A stretch of 63,597 bases of DNA, the filler included, from Octopus bimaculoides (taxonomy: Eukaryota), in assembly GCF_001194135.2 (NCBI RefSeq). It is 6 parts of 6 records of this genome, joined end to end, with 100 filler letters (N's around TTAATTAATTAA, not from the genome) between each part and the next. Parts side by side here need not be neighbours in the genome. Positions count along the whole stretch, not along the records: positions 10,298 to 35,145 come from NC_069001.1; 5 more parts are not named here. The stretch is one strand, 5' to 3'. Positions 13,054 to 25,139 of this stretch are shown here, in pieces. The position numbers were made by a program, and so were the translations under genes. A model generated the notes under the pieces. The model saw only the letters and a list, made by a program, of their open reading frames with translations, did not search any database and was not told where the DNA came from. The first letter of the stretch is position 1. Each line of letters starts with the position of its first letter.

Positions 13054-14232
13054 GGTATAGAGCTGGTCGAAAAGTGTTTAAATTATTTAGTTAAGCCATC
13101 TTAGCTGTCTCATTGCTTAAATTATCAGTTACATAAGTAAAACAGTGCAAGCACATATTATCGACTTATAAGTGATTTGTAACACCCATAGATAACTACT
13201 AGGTGTAGTTATTATCAGTGATAGCATGACATTGTCCAGATGAGTTTGAATGAGAAAGATTTTATGAGTGCTACACAAACTCTGATGATTTGATTATAAA
13301 TTATAAACTCTGCTTATAAACTTTTCTTTAAGTATCGGATATTATTACTGTCAATGAAATTCGTGTAGCATGATGTAATTAAATATAGTAAGAAAAAACT
13401 AGGCTTTGATCTTTTCCTGTATGTATTCATTTGTCTTTCTAACTACAGAGAAAAATCAGAAACCATTTAGATTACAGTACGAGCTCTCCACGCAATTTTC
13501 GCCTTTGCTGTATAAAGATGCGCATGGAGATATTAACTATATATCATGCATTTGAAATCGCATCATATAATTATATAATGCATATATATACACACAAGTA
13601 TACAAAAACATACTTAAATATACGTATAGATCATAAAGAATCGAGAGGTATGAGAAATGAATATATTTATTTAAAAACTAGGTATCCGTAGGATGATGGC
13701 CGTTTCGCAGCGTTCATCATATAATAATAATGATGATAATAATAGTAATAATAATACTTCCAGTGTATGAGAAATTGTTTTGCATGTCTACATGTATTAG
13801 ATTACTATACGGTATGTTAACCGGATCGATAGAGGAACTTTGTATGATTGCTACGGAAGAGCAGGCTGTTCCATTGTTCCGATCAACTGGAACACACATT
13901 GTCGTAACCAAGAGAGAGCTAGGATATATATATACATATATATACATATCAAGATAGATAGATAGAAGAAAATTAATCTTAATATGCAGGAGACTTTTAA
14001 AAGTACTTATTAACTTAGCTTAATCGTTGTCAAAGACACTATCAAATGATTTGAATACATTTTCGTAAATTAATTTTTGAGACTAGAGAGGATGCACAAA
14101 ACCTCACACTTTATTTCTGAAAATCTTTTTTACATAAGTGAAAATAAGTTACGTTAAAAGATACTTTAAAAAGATTCCTGCATTTTCAGATTCTTTTCCT
14201 TAGTTCTATATTTAAAAGATGAAGAATTATGT

Positions 14233-14533
14233 ACATTATTTACATTTGACTGATATTTGACCTCATCTTGTTTGTTGTTAACACATCGTTTCTGCTGATA
14301 TGCCTTCCAGCCTTCTTCAGGAGTCTTGGAGAAATTTCGAACCTGGGTTCGTTGTTATAATAATAATAATAGTAATAATAATAATAATAATTATAATAAT
14401 AATAATAATAACAATATCGAAAAATACCTTAGGAATAACTTCGAAATATACCCACGGGCATATGGCGTACTGGTTAAGAGCGTTGGCTACTAACTCCAAG
14501 ATTCCGAGTTCGATTACAGGCAGTGACCTGAAC

Positions 14534-14564
<31 letters not shown>

Positions 14565-14704
14565 CCGAAAAATACCTTAGGAATGAGAACCCAGGTTCGA
14601 ATTTTCCCCAAGACTCCTGATGACGGCTGGAGGGTATATTAGCCGAAACGTTGTGCTAACAACAAACAAGATGAAAACAAATATCTGTCGAATGTAAATA
14701 ATGT
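14233..14704 (+). mobile_element. Composite non-autonomous retroelement: inverted terminal copy, tRNA-derived head, (AAT)n and hammerhead-like PLE-type tail
   Basis: Arms 14233-14350 and 14587-14704 are inverted (about 15 mismatches in 118 bp). tRNA-like head at 14456-14533; core CTGATGA-C-GGCT..AGCC-GAA-ACGT-T at 14617-14652. Confidence 0.7.
14456..14533 (+). promoter_or_regulatory. tRNA-derived Pol III internal promoter (SINE head), not a functional tRNA
   Basis: A-box-like TGGCGTACTGG (14463-14473) and B-box-like AGTTCGATTAC (14507-14517). Anticodon-arm region resembles tRNA-Ile(AAT) from recollection; acceptor stem not intact. Confidence 0.7.
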
Positions 14705-14811
14705 TCTTTTCCTTATATTTTTACTCATGCGGTAACAACCATCTTTACTTTGTTACACACCCAAAATACACACACGCACTCACACACACACACGCACATA
14801 TTATAATGATG

Positions 14812-14985
14812 TATACGAGGAGTGCAGTAAAATTCCTGGCTTTGGGTAAAAGATAGAAGGATCAATTCATTATCATTTTCTTCAACATATTTCACTCCCA
14901 GATTCGCACACTTATTGCAGCGGTTTCTCAGTTTTTCTAAGCCCTGTAAAAGAACTCAGAAGGGGCTCCAGGAACTTTCCAGCAC
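14812..14985 (+). mobile_element. Mariner-type terminal fragment
   Basis: Starts TA-TACGAGG..; internal CATATTTCACTCCCAGATTCGCACACTTATTGCAGCGG resembles mariner subterminal sequence. Confidence 0.5.
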
Positions 14986-15006
14986 CCCTTATTTTGTGTG
15001 TGTGTT

Positions 15007-15060
<54 letters not shown>

Positions 15061-16052
15061 GCAATCTAGAATAGCTTTCGAATACTATGTTTAATCATAT
15101 TGACTTCCACATTTAGAAGACAGTATTTCTTCGTGATGACATCTAGGGAAAGATGTCAGTGGATTTTAATCCGCTAAAGNNNNNNNNNNNNNNNNNNNNN
15201 NNNNNNNNNNNNNNNNNNNNNNNNNNNNNNNNNNNNNNNNNNNNNNNNNNNNNNNNNNNNNNNNNNNNNNNNNNNNNNNNNNNNNNNNNNNNNNNNNNNN
15301 NNNNNNNNNNNNNNNNNNNNNNNNNNNNNNNNNNNNNNNNNNNNNNNNNNNNNNNNTCTCTTCACAATTTTATCCTTAACGGACTTCAGCAAATGCTTTT
15401 CGTTTGCAATATTTCGTGACAGATATTGGGCTGAAGAGGATGTTCCGCAATATACCTCTCCTACTTTCATCCCACTAGTTTCATAGTCACTCAAAAAGGT
15501 TCTCTGTACAACACCATGTGTGTATGGGATTCTGTGTGTTCGTGTACGTATGTGTGTGTGTGTGTGTGCGTGTTAGAGAGAGTGAGAGAGAGAGTGTGTG
15601 TGTGTGTGTGTGGGTATGAGTATGTGTGGGTGTATGAGCGAGAGAGCGAGAGCGAGAGAGCGAGGGCGAAAGAGACAGAGCGAGAGAGAGAGAGTATCGG
15701 TGCAAGTGTACTGGAAACCGTCGTTCACTAATATTTCATTTAATGTGGAAGTGCCTGACCATTACTCAGACATATTTACCCTTAAATTTATAACCATGTT
15801 CTGCAATACAGTTTACGTTTTGAATCACTAATGCCTTTCACACAGAGGGTGGTTTCAATGCAGTTTTCATCTCCCCTCTGCTCAATTCCACTCAGAAGAT
15901 GTGGTTTGACCCGAGAAAATAGCAAAAGGCATGTGCCAAAGATGCCATAGCGTGAGATCAAAATAAAGACGCCATCTTTACGAAGCAAACTTATTGTGAC
16001 ACACTGCAAACCTTTGGGGCATACTGGATCTAAACATGTGTATGCGTCTGTG

Positions 16053-16103
<51 letters not shown>

Positions 16104-16524
16104 ATATGTATGTGTCTGTGTGTGTGCGCGCGCGCGATCGTGTGTGTAGTTTGGGACTCAAACAGCCAATGCTAAGCGATTGCTAGTGAAGAAAGCAAGT
16201 GCATAATAAATTCGATATTTGCGAAGATATATATTTACACACAGAAACACACATACACACACACAAAGAAACACACGCATGCATGCGAGCGCACACACAT
16301 ATGAGGATGTGAAGAGGCAAGTTTGCTCCCCCCCAACCTGCAAGAACTCGCTGCGAAATGTCATTTAAGTCAGATTATCTCATCTTAATTAAGAAAAGAA
16401 AATATTACACATTTCAAGCGTACATACCCGCCTGGGCGGAAATGGATATTATTGTACATAGGTTTCACACTTCCCAATACGTAACTAGTTTTCCTGTGAA
16501 ATAGGATGATTCAAAGCCACATTA

Positions 16525-16665
16525 TGGAGATTCAATACTACTACACATCATCTAGTACCTTGCCTGTCGTAGAAATCACAGCTCATACCTATATAGGTTG
16601 TTCAGTTGATTTCCATTTTTTTAATTTTTGTATGTCAGGGGTGCATTAGCAGTTGGCTGTCAGTC
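16525..16665 (+). repeat. ~135-bp dispersed repeat, second copy at ~18160-18290
   Basis: GATTCAATACT.CTACA.ATCATC..AGAAATCACAGCTCAT..ATATAGGTTGT..GGGGTG.ATTA.CAGTTGG present twice. Confidence 0.75.
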
Positions 16666-16730
16666 GTATGGCTGACCTAAAGAGGGGATACAAGACACTC
16701 TCAAGACCCCCTTGAAAACGTTTACCTTAA

Positions 16731-17150
16731 CCCTTTAGCATTCAGATTAATCTGTCTAATGTAATACTTAATCGTGTTTTGAATTATTTCTACATAACTC
16801 ATAGCTTTGAGATTTCAATGATGTGATTGTTTACTTTTAGAATGACATTGTATAGCAGGTATGAGAGGCTGAATCTGGCCAGTTTGAACGTCAGACATGT
16901 GGACTCTTTTGGCCAGATATGTCCATTGAGAAGTTTTAACTTGACTCATTCACATTAGTCCTTCAAGTGTAATACTCATTTATTCACATTGCTTTGAATT
17001 AATCCTACATAATCTCATAGCTTTGAGATTTCCATGTGCGATTGTTTATTTTTAGGATGACATTGTAGGGCAGGTGTGAGAGGCCGAATCTGGCCAGTTT
17101 GAATATAAAGCAAGAAGACTATTTGGGCCGGATATGCCCATTTATATACG
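16731..17150 (+). mobile_element. piggyBac-like MITE, two partial tandem units
   Basis: TTAA|CCCTTTAGCA start; internal block repeated at ~16965-17150; reverse-complement homologous to 41308-41529. Confidence 0.65.
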
Positions 17151-17925
17151 GAAGGAATAAATTTGTTTAGTCGGGAATATCTTGAAGACCGTTCACAGTT
17201 AAATAGTTCTGTATACTCTGGAGTACAACTCTAAGAGTCAGAAATCGTTGTAAAAACTAAGATGAGGCGGCTGCACAAAAAACATGGTCTCCAACAGGTT
17301 CTGACTCTGATATTACGTGCCCCAAAAGTAACAGAATTTTATATCAATATTTGACTAACAAGCCATCCTAGGACCCATAAGGATTAAAGCTGTTTATCTA
17401 GATATCTTTATCAAGAACTGAAAGGACGAACGTCATATAAAAGTCAGATTACTCTTTATTATATAAGCTGGAATACTATCAACAGAGGAATGTGTAGCTG
17501 TCATGTCTAGGAAAAGTCCCATTAAATCGTAGAAACGCGTGTTTATAAACTAGGCACAAGTCGTTCGGCATATTTTGTATCCCACATGTCTGCATGTCAG
17601 AAGTGACAATAAACATTCAGCGATCCAACTTGTCTATAAATAACGAATCTACTTCTAAATGGATGTTCGACTCAAATGGCAGTCAAATCTCCTGCAAAGA
17701 GCATCATATTCTGTTCAGATAATTAATCGGCGGGACACTTTGCATAATGCAAAATTAGGGTGGGGGGATTTAATCAAAAAAGGAAACAAAATAGTTCAGT
17801 CGTGATTGGGATGCCTTTGATCACGTGACAGTTCCGTCATTGCTGACTTAAGGCTGAACATTACATCCGATTATAGAATGTCATTCTCTCTCTGGCTCCC
17901 TGTCTCTGTGTCTCTTTGTGTCCTT

Positions 17926-17966
<41 letters not shown>

Positions 17967-18409
17967 TATATATATGGGGTTAGTGGGGGTAAGTGTATGT
18001 ATGTATGATTGGTGACAGAAATGGAAGAAAGATTATTATGAACATCTGTGTTTTCATACTTTTCCTTTTGAACACTCGTACTCACAAGCAACAAATCACT
18101 CGCTCTCAATACTTAGCAAGTATTCCTCTGAAACAGGGCGGTTGAAAGCCATATTAGAGCGATTCAATACTGCTACAGATCATCCAATGTTTTGCCTATA
18201 CTAGAAATCACAGCTCATCAATATATAGGTTGTGGTGTTGCTTTTTTTTTTCTTCAATTCTTGTACGTCGGGGGTGAATTAACAGTTGGTCACTCGGTTT
18301 CCATATCGTGTAAGTGACCGAGATCACAACATTCCGCAGAACGGGACGTCGGTCCATTGCAGATTTCTAGGCTAGCAATTTTAAAGAGAGAGAGAGAACT
18401 TGTTTGCAT

Positions 18410-18560
18410 CGATCCCCAGTACTTAAGTGGTAATTTCTTTAATCGACCTTGAGGAAATGAAAGGGATACTTAACCAGGACTAGATCTGAAGCCAGAGCCT
18501 AAAGTGATGGAAGAAACTCCGCTGAGAGTTTTATTCTAGCTGTTCGTCTTCTTAAGAACA
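18410..18560 (-). mobile_element. SINE family B, inverted and diverged
   Basis: ATCGATCCCCAGT..GGTA..TTTAATCGACC..GGAAATGAAAGG is the reverse complement of the B body. Confidence 0.6.
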
Positions 18561-19937
18561 ATTAGCATTCATACATCGGCTTGATCGGTCATTCACGTCG
18601 ACGCTACTCAATGTTTCTCCTTCTTTGTTAACCTTTCTTCGGAAGACAATCATTGTTTGTTTGTCTCACTACACATATATGAATGCATGCACAAGCATGT
18701 TCTTTTCTGTTTTTAATTATTTAAATTCTTCCTTTGGCAGAAGGAGCTGAATTCTAACAAAGATACAAAGCTCCATCGTTGGAATGTCGATAACGAAAAC
18801 AATGTCACATCTTAAGCCTAAGAAAAGTCTTACATAGTTTTGCTGTTCTGCTTACAGACAGTATATATAATGTTCGTATCAGATGGTAGATATTTTTTTT
18901 AAACTCCAAGATTATCCTGACTCACAGTTAAGCATTTACTTACAAAACCTAGTGCTCCAATTATAATTGGTGTAAGTGTAAATTTGTAACGCGGATATAG
19001 AACCTGGAGATAGTGAAGCAGTTGTCCCTGGTCATCTTATTTCTTTTTGATTTTCAAAGAGATAATCGCATCAGCAGGACAACTGACCATTATGACTGTA
19101 CTTGCTTTTTCTCGTCTGTCACAAACAACAATATCCTATATATGTAAGTATGTATGTATGTATGTACACAATTTATATACAAACAACCAAACGCACACGT
19201 GTGAATCTTTGTGGTTGTGCGAGTGTGTATGTGTGTGGGGGTGTATATGTGTGTGGGAGTGCGTTCTAAACTACCTCCTGCTTTGACGTCAATTTGTCCT
19301 GAGCTTAACCAGACTTTGTGCCATTCAAATGTGTGTGATTAAAAGGCCAGTTTCTAAATGGTACGCCATATCATCGCAGTTTCCTTCTCTTGCTGCAACA
19401 ATCACCGTTCTTGATATTCTGCTGAGTGGACAGGAGTTCCCTAAAATGAATAATTGCGTTATGTTTTTTTTTCTGCCACGCTACGGAATGTAATAGTTCA
19501 TTGCCTCTAATAGTTATTCATAACAGTAAAATCGGTGGAACATTATCCTTGATTATTTCAAGAATCATTCCAGTTATATTTCCAGTCCATCTCACTGTAT
19601 TTCTGTCCACAAACACACACACACACACACACACACACGCAGAGACAGATACACATTGACAACCAAAAATACGTATACACGAATGTAGGTGCAAGTTAAA
19701 ATCCGTACAACCTCAATTACAGTATCATATGGGTATTTGATTATATATGTTAAAATTCTCGGTTTAGATATCCCTCAAAAATTAATTAGCCATTCCCCTT
19801 TTCTTGGGTGGCCTCAATCAGTAACTGTCAAATAAGTGAAATAATTGATGGTACCATCGATATATTCGTCTAAAAGATCATATGCATATTATAGTATATT
19901 ATATATATATATACATATGCATATATGTATATGTATA

Positions 19938-20001
<64 letters not shown>

Positions 20002-20049
20002 TTATCTAAAAATATCTTGAAATAAAAAAGAATAATTATATTCAATAAA

Positions 20050-20410
20050 ATCGCCATTAGCTTCAGCCACGGCGTCCTGATGACTTCAGAATTTCCTTCA
20101 GTTTATCTTTCGTGTTACAAGAAGTTTTGTTGGTCCCTCGCTCAACTGCGCCTCACACATAATAGTCAAAGCGGGTCCTCCTGTTTGTATGGCACGGTGC
20201 AGAGTCCAGTTGCCAGATATAGGATCTCCGAGCAGCCACCCTCTTGACCCAGTGTTGCACTACCTCCTCCAGGCAATTGATGTAGGCATCCGTGTTGAGT
20301 CTGTGACCGTGTGGGAGGATGAATGGAGGCATAAGGTCGCCATCACTAGAGATCACTCCAAACACTATGATGTTGACTAGGTGTTTGATTTTTATGACTC
20401 TCGGTACCTG
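20050..20410 (-). mobile_element. Tc1/mariner (maT, DD37D-like) transposase relic
   Basis: FGVISSDGDLMPPFILPHGHRLNTDAYINCLEEVV..YIWQLDSAPCHT then (P)LDYYV after an internal deletion. Confidence 0.85.
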
Positions 20411-20538
20411 TCGTCAGATTTCATTCCTCGAAGGAAAGCTGTCTAAGCACATCCTTAGACAGCTTCTAAGGATGTGCTCCAAGGTAACTCTCTTCGGAAT
20501 CGAAGGGAATTCTGATAGATCCAATTCTCCTGTCTATA

Positions 20539-20540
<2 letters not shown>

Positions 20541-20572
<32 letters not shown>

Positions 20573-21110
20573 GAGGTCACACAGTGTACAATATCGTGAG
20601 ATTGATGATTGAAGATATTGTGTCTACCAGGGGTTTGTAATGTTTGTCAAGTCGCAACAAGGACCTCAGACAGACAGTACTTCGAGCAATATGCGTGCAG
20701 TTTCAAGTAATTCCGACTTTTGCAATACATCTAGATTGTAGGGTATTTCTAAAGTTTTCAAATGTTTTTTTTTTTCACATTGGGTGGTATTGAACCCAAT
20801 ACTCTAATGACAGGAGGGATAACCTGCAGGTTCTTCTCTCGTAGCTGCGACATCTTGGCGATCTTAATTCTCAGGTCCCTATATTTATCAATTTTTTCTT
20901 TCCTTCATGATGATATGGTGATCTCCCGGCACTATTATGTAGATTATTAGGCACTCTTGTTTTTCCCTCCTAAAGGTTACTATATCCGGCCTTCGGTGCT
21001 CTAACACTTTGTCTGTTTGGAAATCAAAGTCCCAGAGGATTTTTGCCTTCCCCTTTTCGTCCATAACATTTTCTGCTGTATGTTGGTAGCAATCACCTGT
21101 AACCACTTAT
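20541..21110 (-). mobile_element. R4/Dong-like non-LTR retrotransposon 3' end (restriction-like endonuclease) with (AAT)n tail
   Basis: KILWDFDFQTDKVLEHRRPDIV..LIIYIIVPGD..KYRDL matches the PD..D..K REL pattern; (TTA)n on the plus strand at 20541-20570. Confidence 0.85.
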
Positions 21111-21174
21111 ACATACTGATGGCAGTGTAGCCAGTGGAGGTTTTGGGTCACTGCTACTACTACTTCTACTACCA

Positions 21175-21720
21175 ATGAATGAGACAGCAATGCATGCCAT
21201 CAAAGTGGCACTGGGGTAGAATATACGAAACCCAGTATACCCATCATGCTTACCCGTCTCATAAGGGTACACCAGAAAAAATGCATCACAACCATATGTG
21301 CGCGACATAGTGATTTCATATCAAGATAAACAGGGCATAACCTTGCAGGTGGATCCTCGTTAAAATTTTCTCCATGCTAAGTAGCGCATCCTGCTCAAGA
21401 ATTTCTTAAATAAGGGTTACTCATGTTTCTAGAGGTGAATTATTCAAACTCCAAAGAATTCCTCTCTACACAAGGCTATGATTCTTCCGCATTACCTCTG
21501 CTCGTGATCAGAGATGTATATATCGTCAGCCATTAGGGGACATCCTCAACTAGTTAAAATCAAACAAATGACGAGCAAATATGTGGTATTGAGCAGAATA
21601 TTTGTTGCAGGCATTTTTTTATACCAAGACAAAACAATGTACATGATAACACTTCCAATCAGTTAAGATGAGAAGCCATGAGAGCCATTCCTTGGTACTG
21701 CATAAAGGCATATTGTTATT
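21175..21720 (-). mobile_element. Unclassified ~550-bp retroposon-like repeat (family E), diverged copy
   Basis: Homologous to 21935-22390 along its length. Confidence 0.75.
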
Positions 21721-21721
21721 C

Positions 21722-21925
21722 GAGCGTGCAGAACTGTTAGCAGACCGGGTGAAATGCTTAGCGGTATCTCATCCGTCCTTAGGTTCTGAGTTCAAATTCC
21801 GCTGAGATCGGAATTTCGTCCTTTCGGGTTCAATACGAGATAAGTACCAGTTGAACACTGGGTTCGATCTAATCGACTCATCACCTTCCCCAAAATTACT
21901 GACCTTGTGGAAAAAGTTGAAACCA
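21722..21925 (+). mobile_element. SINE family B
   Basis: GCAGAACTGTTAGCAGACCGGGTGAAATGCTTAGCGG..GTTCTGAGTTCAAATTCCGC.. Confidence 0.85.
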
Positions 21926-21934
21926 TTATTATTA

Positions 21935-22390
21935 TTATTGAGTGAGAGAGCAGTGCATACCATCAAAGTGACACTGGGGTAAAATATACGAAGCCCAGTA
22001 TACCCATCATGACTACCCGTCTGATAAGAGTACACGAGGCACATGCATCGCAATCATATGCGCGCAACATAGTGGTCTCATATCAAGAAAAACAGCGCCT
22101 GACCTCGCAGGTGGGGCCGAGTTAGAATTTTCTTCAGGTCGAGTAGCCCATCCAGCTCAAAAGGTCCCTGAATAAGGTTTGTTTAAGGTTGTTGAACTCA
22201 TGTTTCCAAAAGGTGAATTATACAAACCCCAAAGAATCCCTCTCAACACATGGCTATGATACTCCCTCACTACTTCTGCTCATGATCAGAGATGCACATA
22301 TCATCAGCCAGCAAGTTACATGCTCAACTGGTTAAGGTCAAACAACTGACAAGCAAATCTGTGTTATTGAGCAAAATATTTGTTGTAGCC
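21935..22390 (-). mobile_element. Family E repeat, second copy with (AAT)n tail
   Basis: Homologous to 21175-21720; the minus-strand 3' end runs into AATAATAAT. Confidence 0.75.
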
Positions 22391-22394
22391 CATC

Positions 22395-22437
<43 letters not shown>

Positions 22438-22964
22438 CGAGAAAATAACAGGAGTCAAATTCCGAAATTTGAAAAGTTTGTGAAATTAATTTTGAAAGAA
22501 AATTTACGTTTTCCAGTAAGGTACACATACGTATGTAAATACATCAATACATAAGCACACGTGCATACATACATATATACATGCATGCATACATACATTC
22601 ATGCATACATATATGCATACCTACATACATTCATGCATACATGAATAGAGACTCACGCACATATATAGATATCTACAAACAGTTTAAAACATCAATGATA
22701 CTTCAATCATTTGCTTTCTACAGCCGTTTCAATCATTCTCATGTATCATTCAAATTATATAATTACATAATTATACAGGAGGTAAATATCATGTTTGAAG
22801 TATATTTTTTCTGATAAGGTATACACACACAATCACACACTTGTATGCACGTACACACAAACACATATACGCACTCACACGCATACACATCGGCGCGTGT
22901 GCATGCCTTTCTATACGTAATTGTAAGTTACATATTTATATTGAATACATATATATGTGTGTGT

Positions 22965-23012
<48 letters not shown>

Positions 23013-23635
23013 NNNNNNNNNNNNNNNNNNNNNNNNNNNNNNNNNNNNNNNNNNNNNNNNNNNNNNNNNNNNNNNNNNNNNNNNNNNNNNNNNNNNNNNN
23101 NNNNNNNNNNNNNNNNNNNNNNNNNNNNNNNNNNNNNNNNNNNNNNNNNNNNNNNNNNNNNNNNNNNNNNNNNNNNNNNNNNNNNNNNNNNNNNNNNNNN
23201 NNNNNNNNNNNNNNNNNNNNNNNNNNNNNNNNNNNNNNNNNNNNNNNNNNNNNNNNNNNNNNNNNNNNNNNNNNNNNNNNNNNNNNNNNNNNNNNNNNNN
23301 NNNNNNNNNNNNNNNNNNNNNNNNNNNNNNNNNNNNNNNNNNNNNNNNNNNNNNNNNNNNNNNNNNNNNNNNNNNNNNNNNNNNNNNTCTTTATGAGGTT
23401 TTTGGTGCCAGTATGAACCAAGTTTATGCGTGCGGTATGTGAAAGAGAGGGTCGGGCGAGAGAAATAAATGCGTAGAGGTTTTAAATATGAGCTTTGTAC
23501 GCTGGAAGATGTAACGGATATTTTAGTATAAGCGTGTTTTTATATGTGGCATGCATATATATATATATATCTGCGTACATGAGACAGAACGAATTGCATG
23601 CAGATATAGACAGACAAGCAGCCAGTTAGACAGAA

Positions 23636-23740
23636 CGACAAACAGACAAACAGTCAAACAGACAAACAGACAAACAGTCAAACAGACAAACAGACAAACA
23701 GTCAAACAGACAAACAGACAAACAGTCAAACAGACAAACA
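23636..23740. repeat. 8-bp ACAG(A/T)CAA subunits with 24-bp higher-order period
   Basis: The T variant recurs every third subunit; translates as a QTNRQTVK repeat. Confidence 0.9.
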
Positions 23741-24806
23741 AGCAGCTCGACAGATGAATGGATTTGTTATGTGCCTTTTTTTTAAACTATGTCAAACTTC
23801 ACCGGCCAAAATTATCAAGAAATTCAATCATGTTTTGATCCAGTTGTCTTTTATTCAGGCACTCTGTCCTTCGAAATCCATTCGACATTTTGTGGGTTGG
23901 TGGTGCGCTCATTTACAAGCGGATTTCATGAAGTACTGAGTGAAATTTCGAGGTATAATTGGCTGCAATTTCTTGGTAGTCCGCAGAGGATTCTGCATTA
24001 GCACAATACATATACACTCACACAGAGATACATAGAGCCAGACAAGGAATTACACAGCCCAATCGTGAGAGAGAAAGACTTCAGAAAAACATTGTCAGAT
24101 TTAATGACGTTTCGTTAATTTTGCGAGTTGAAATCTGACCTTGCTCTTTGTCCGTTCGCATATCATACATAAATATATTTCCTTTTTGATAAGGTTTGCC
24201 GTTACAAGTTCCCTATTTTATGTATTTCTGCATGTTATTTGATTTTCCCCATATTTAATTCATGTTACATTGAAGAAATGTGCATCTTTTTTAAAGTTTT
24301 ATGATGTTATTTTCTCATTTATTTCTCTGTTTATTGTGGTTTAATCAGACGAATAAAGGCCGTGCGGATAATTCTTTGTAATCCAGTAACTCCCAGGTAT
24401 ATGAGGGAACAGGAGAAAAGTAGGGAACAACCCAATGGTTCATCTTAGATCAGCGACCTTGTTAGAATTTTTACAATAGCCTGGACGCTGCATGTATCTC
24501 TCGCCATGTGACATGTAATAGTTTTAAACTAGATAACATTGGTTGCCTCTAGAAGTAGCACCTACTACAGGATACACTCCTTCCAGCTATCTTTCTCACA
24601 GTTTCTCACCGCTCCAGAACACTGTCTTTTGTGATATTAAAGTGAACATGTATATTTATAAATATCAAACACGCCAATACATCATGATGCTACCTTGTCA
24701 TTTATAATTGTTTTTATATGTTCTACAGCCGTCGAGGACTTTTGCCACAAATAGCAATCCTTGTATACAACTTTATCTCGTTCTTATTATGGATAAATGA
24801 ATGTAA

Positions 24807-25005
24807 GGCGGTGAGCTGGCAGAATCGTTTACACGCCGGGCAAAATACTTAGCGGCATTTTGTCCGTCTGTACATTCTGAGTTCAAATCCTGTAAAGGTC
24901 ATTTTTTTCTTGCGTAATTTTTGAATTTTGGGGTTGATAAAATAAAGTACCAATCAAATACTAGCTCCAATAACATCCTCTCCCTTTAAAATTGCTATCC
25001 TTTTG
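24807..25005 (+). mobile_element. SINE family B
   Basis: GGCGGTGAGCTGGCAGAATCGTT..CCGGGCAAAATACTTAGCGG..TTCTGAGTTCAAATCC. Confidence 0.85.
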
Positions 25006-25139
25006 CCTATATGAGTAACCATTATTTTCAGTAACGCAGCTGGTAGTTTGTCTTCAACAACTACTTTGCGTAGGCACCGAAATACGCAATTCATATTCCA
25101 GAATTTCAGAAATCCAATGTTTAATATCAACGATACTCT

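Noticed and set aside
14456-14533. Functional tRNA genes (also heads at 3760, 31678, 35085 and the fragment at 59486-59505)
   Set aside because: Acceptor and anticodon stems are not intact and each runs into a SINE body or tail.
15357-15506. Minus-strand open stretch (FLSDYETSGMKVGEVYCG..) with a possible acceptor
   Set aside because: Not recognisable and runs into a gap; may be a decayed LINE RT piece.
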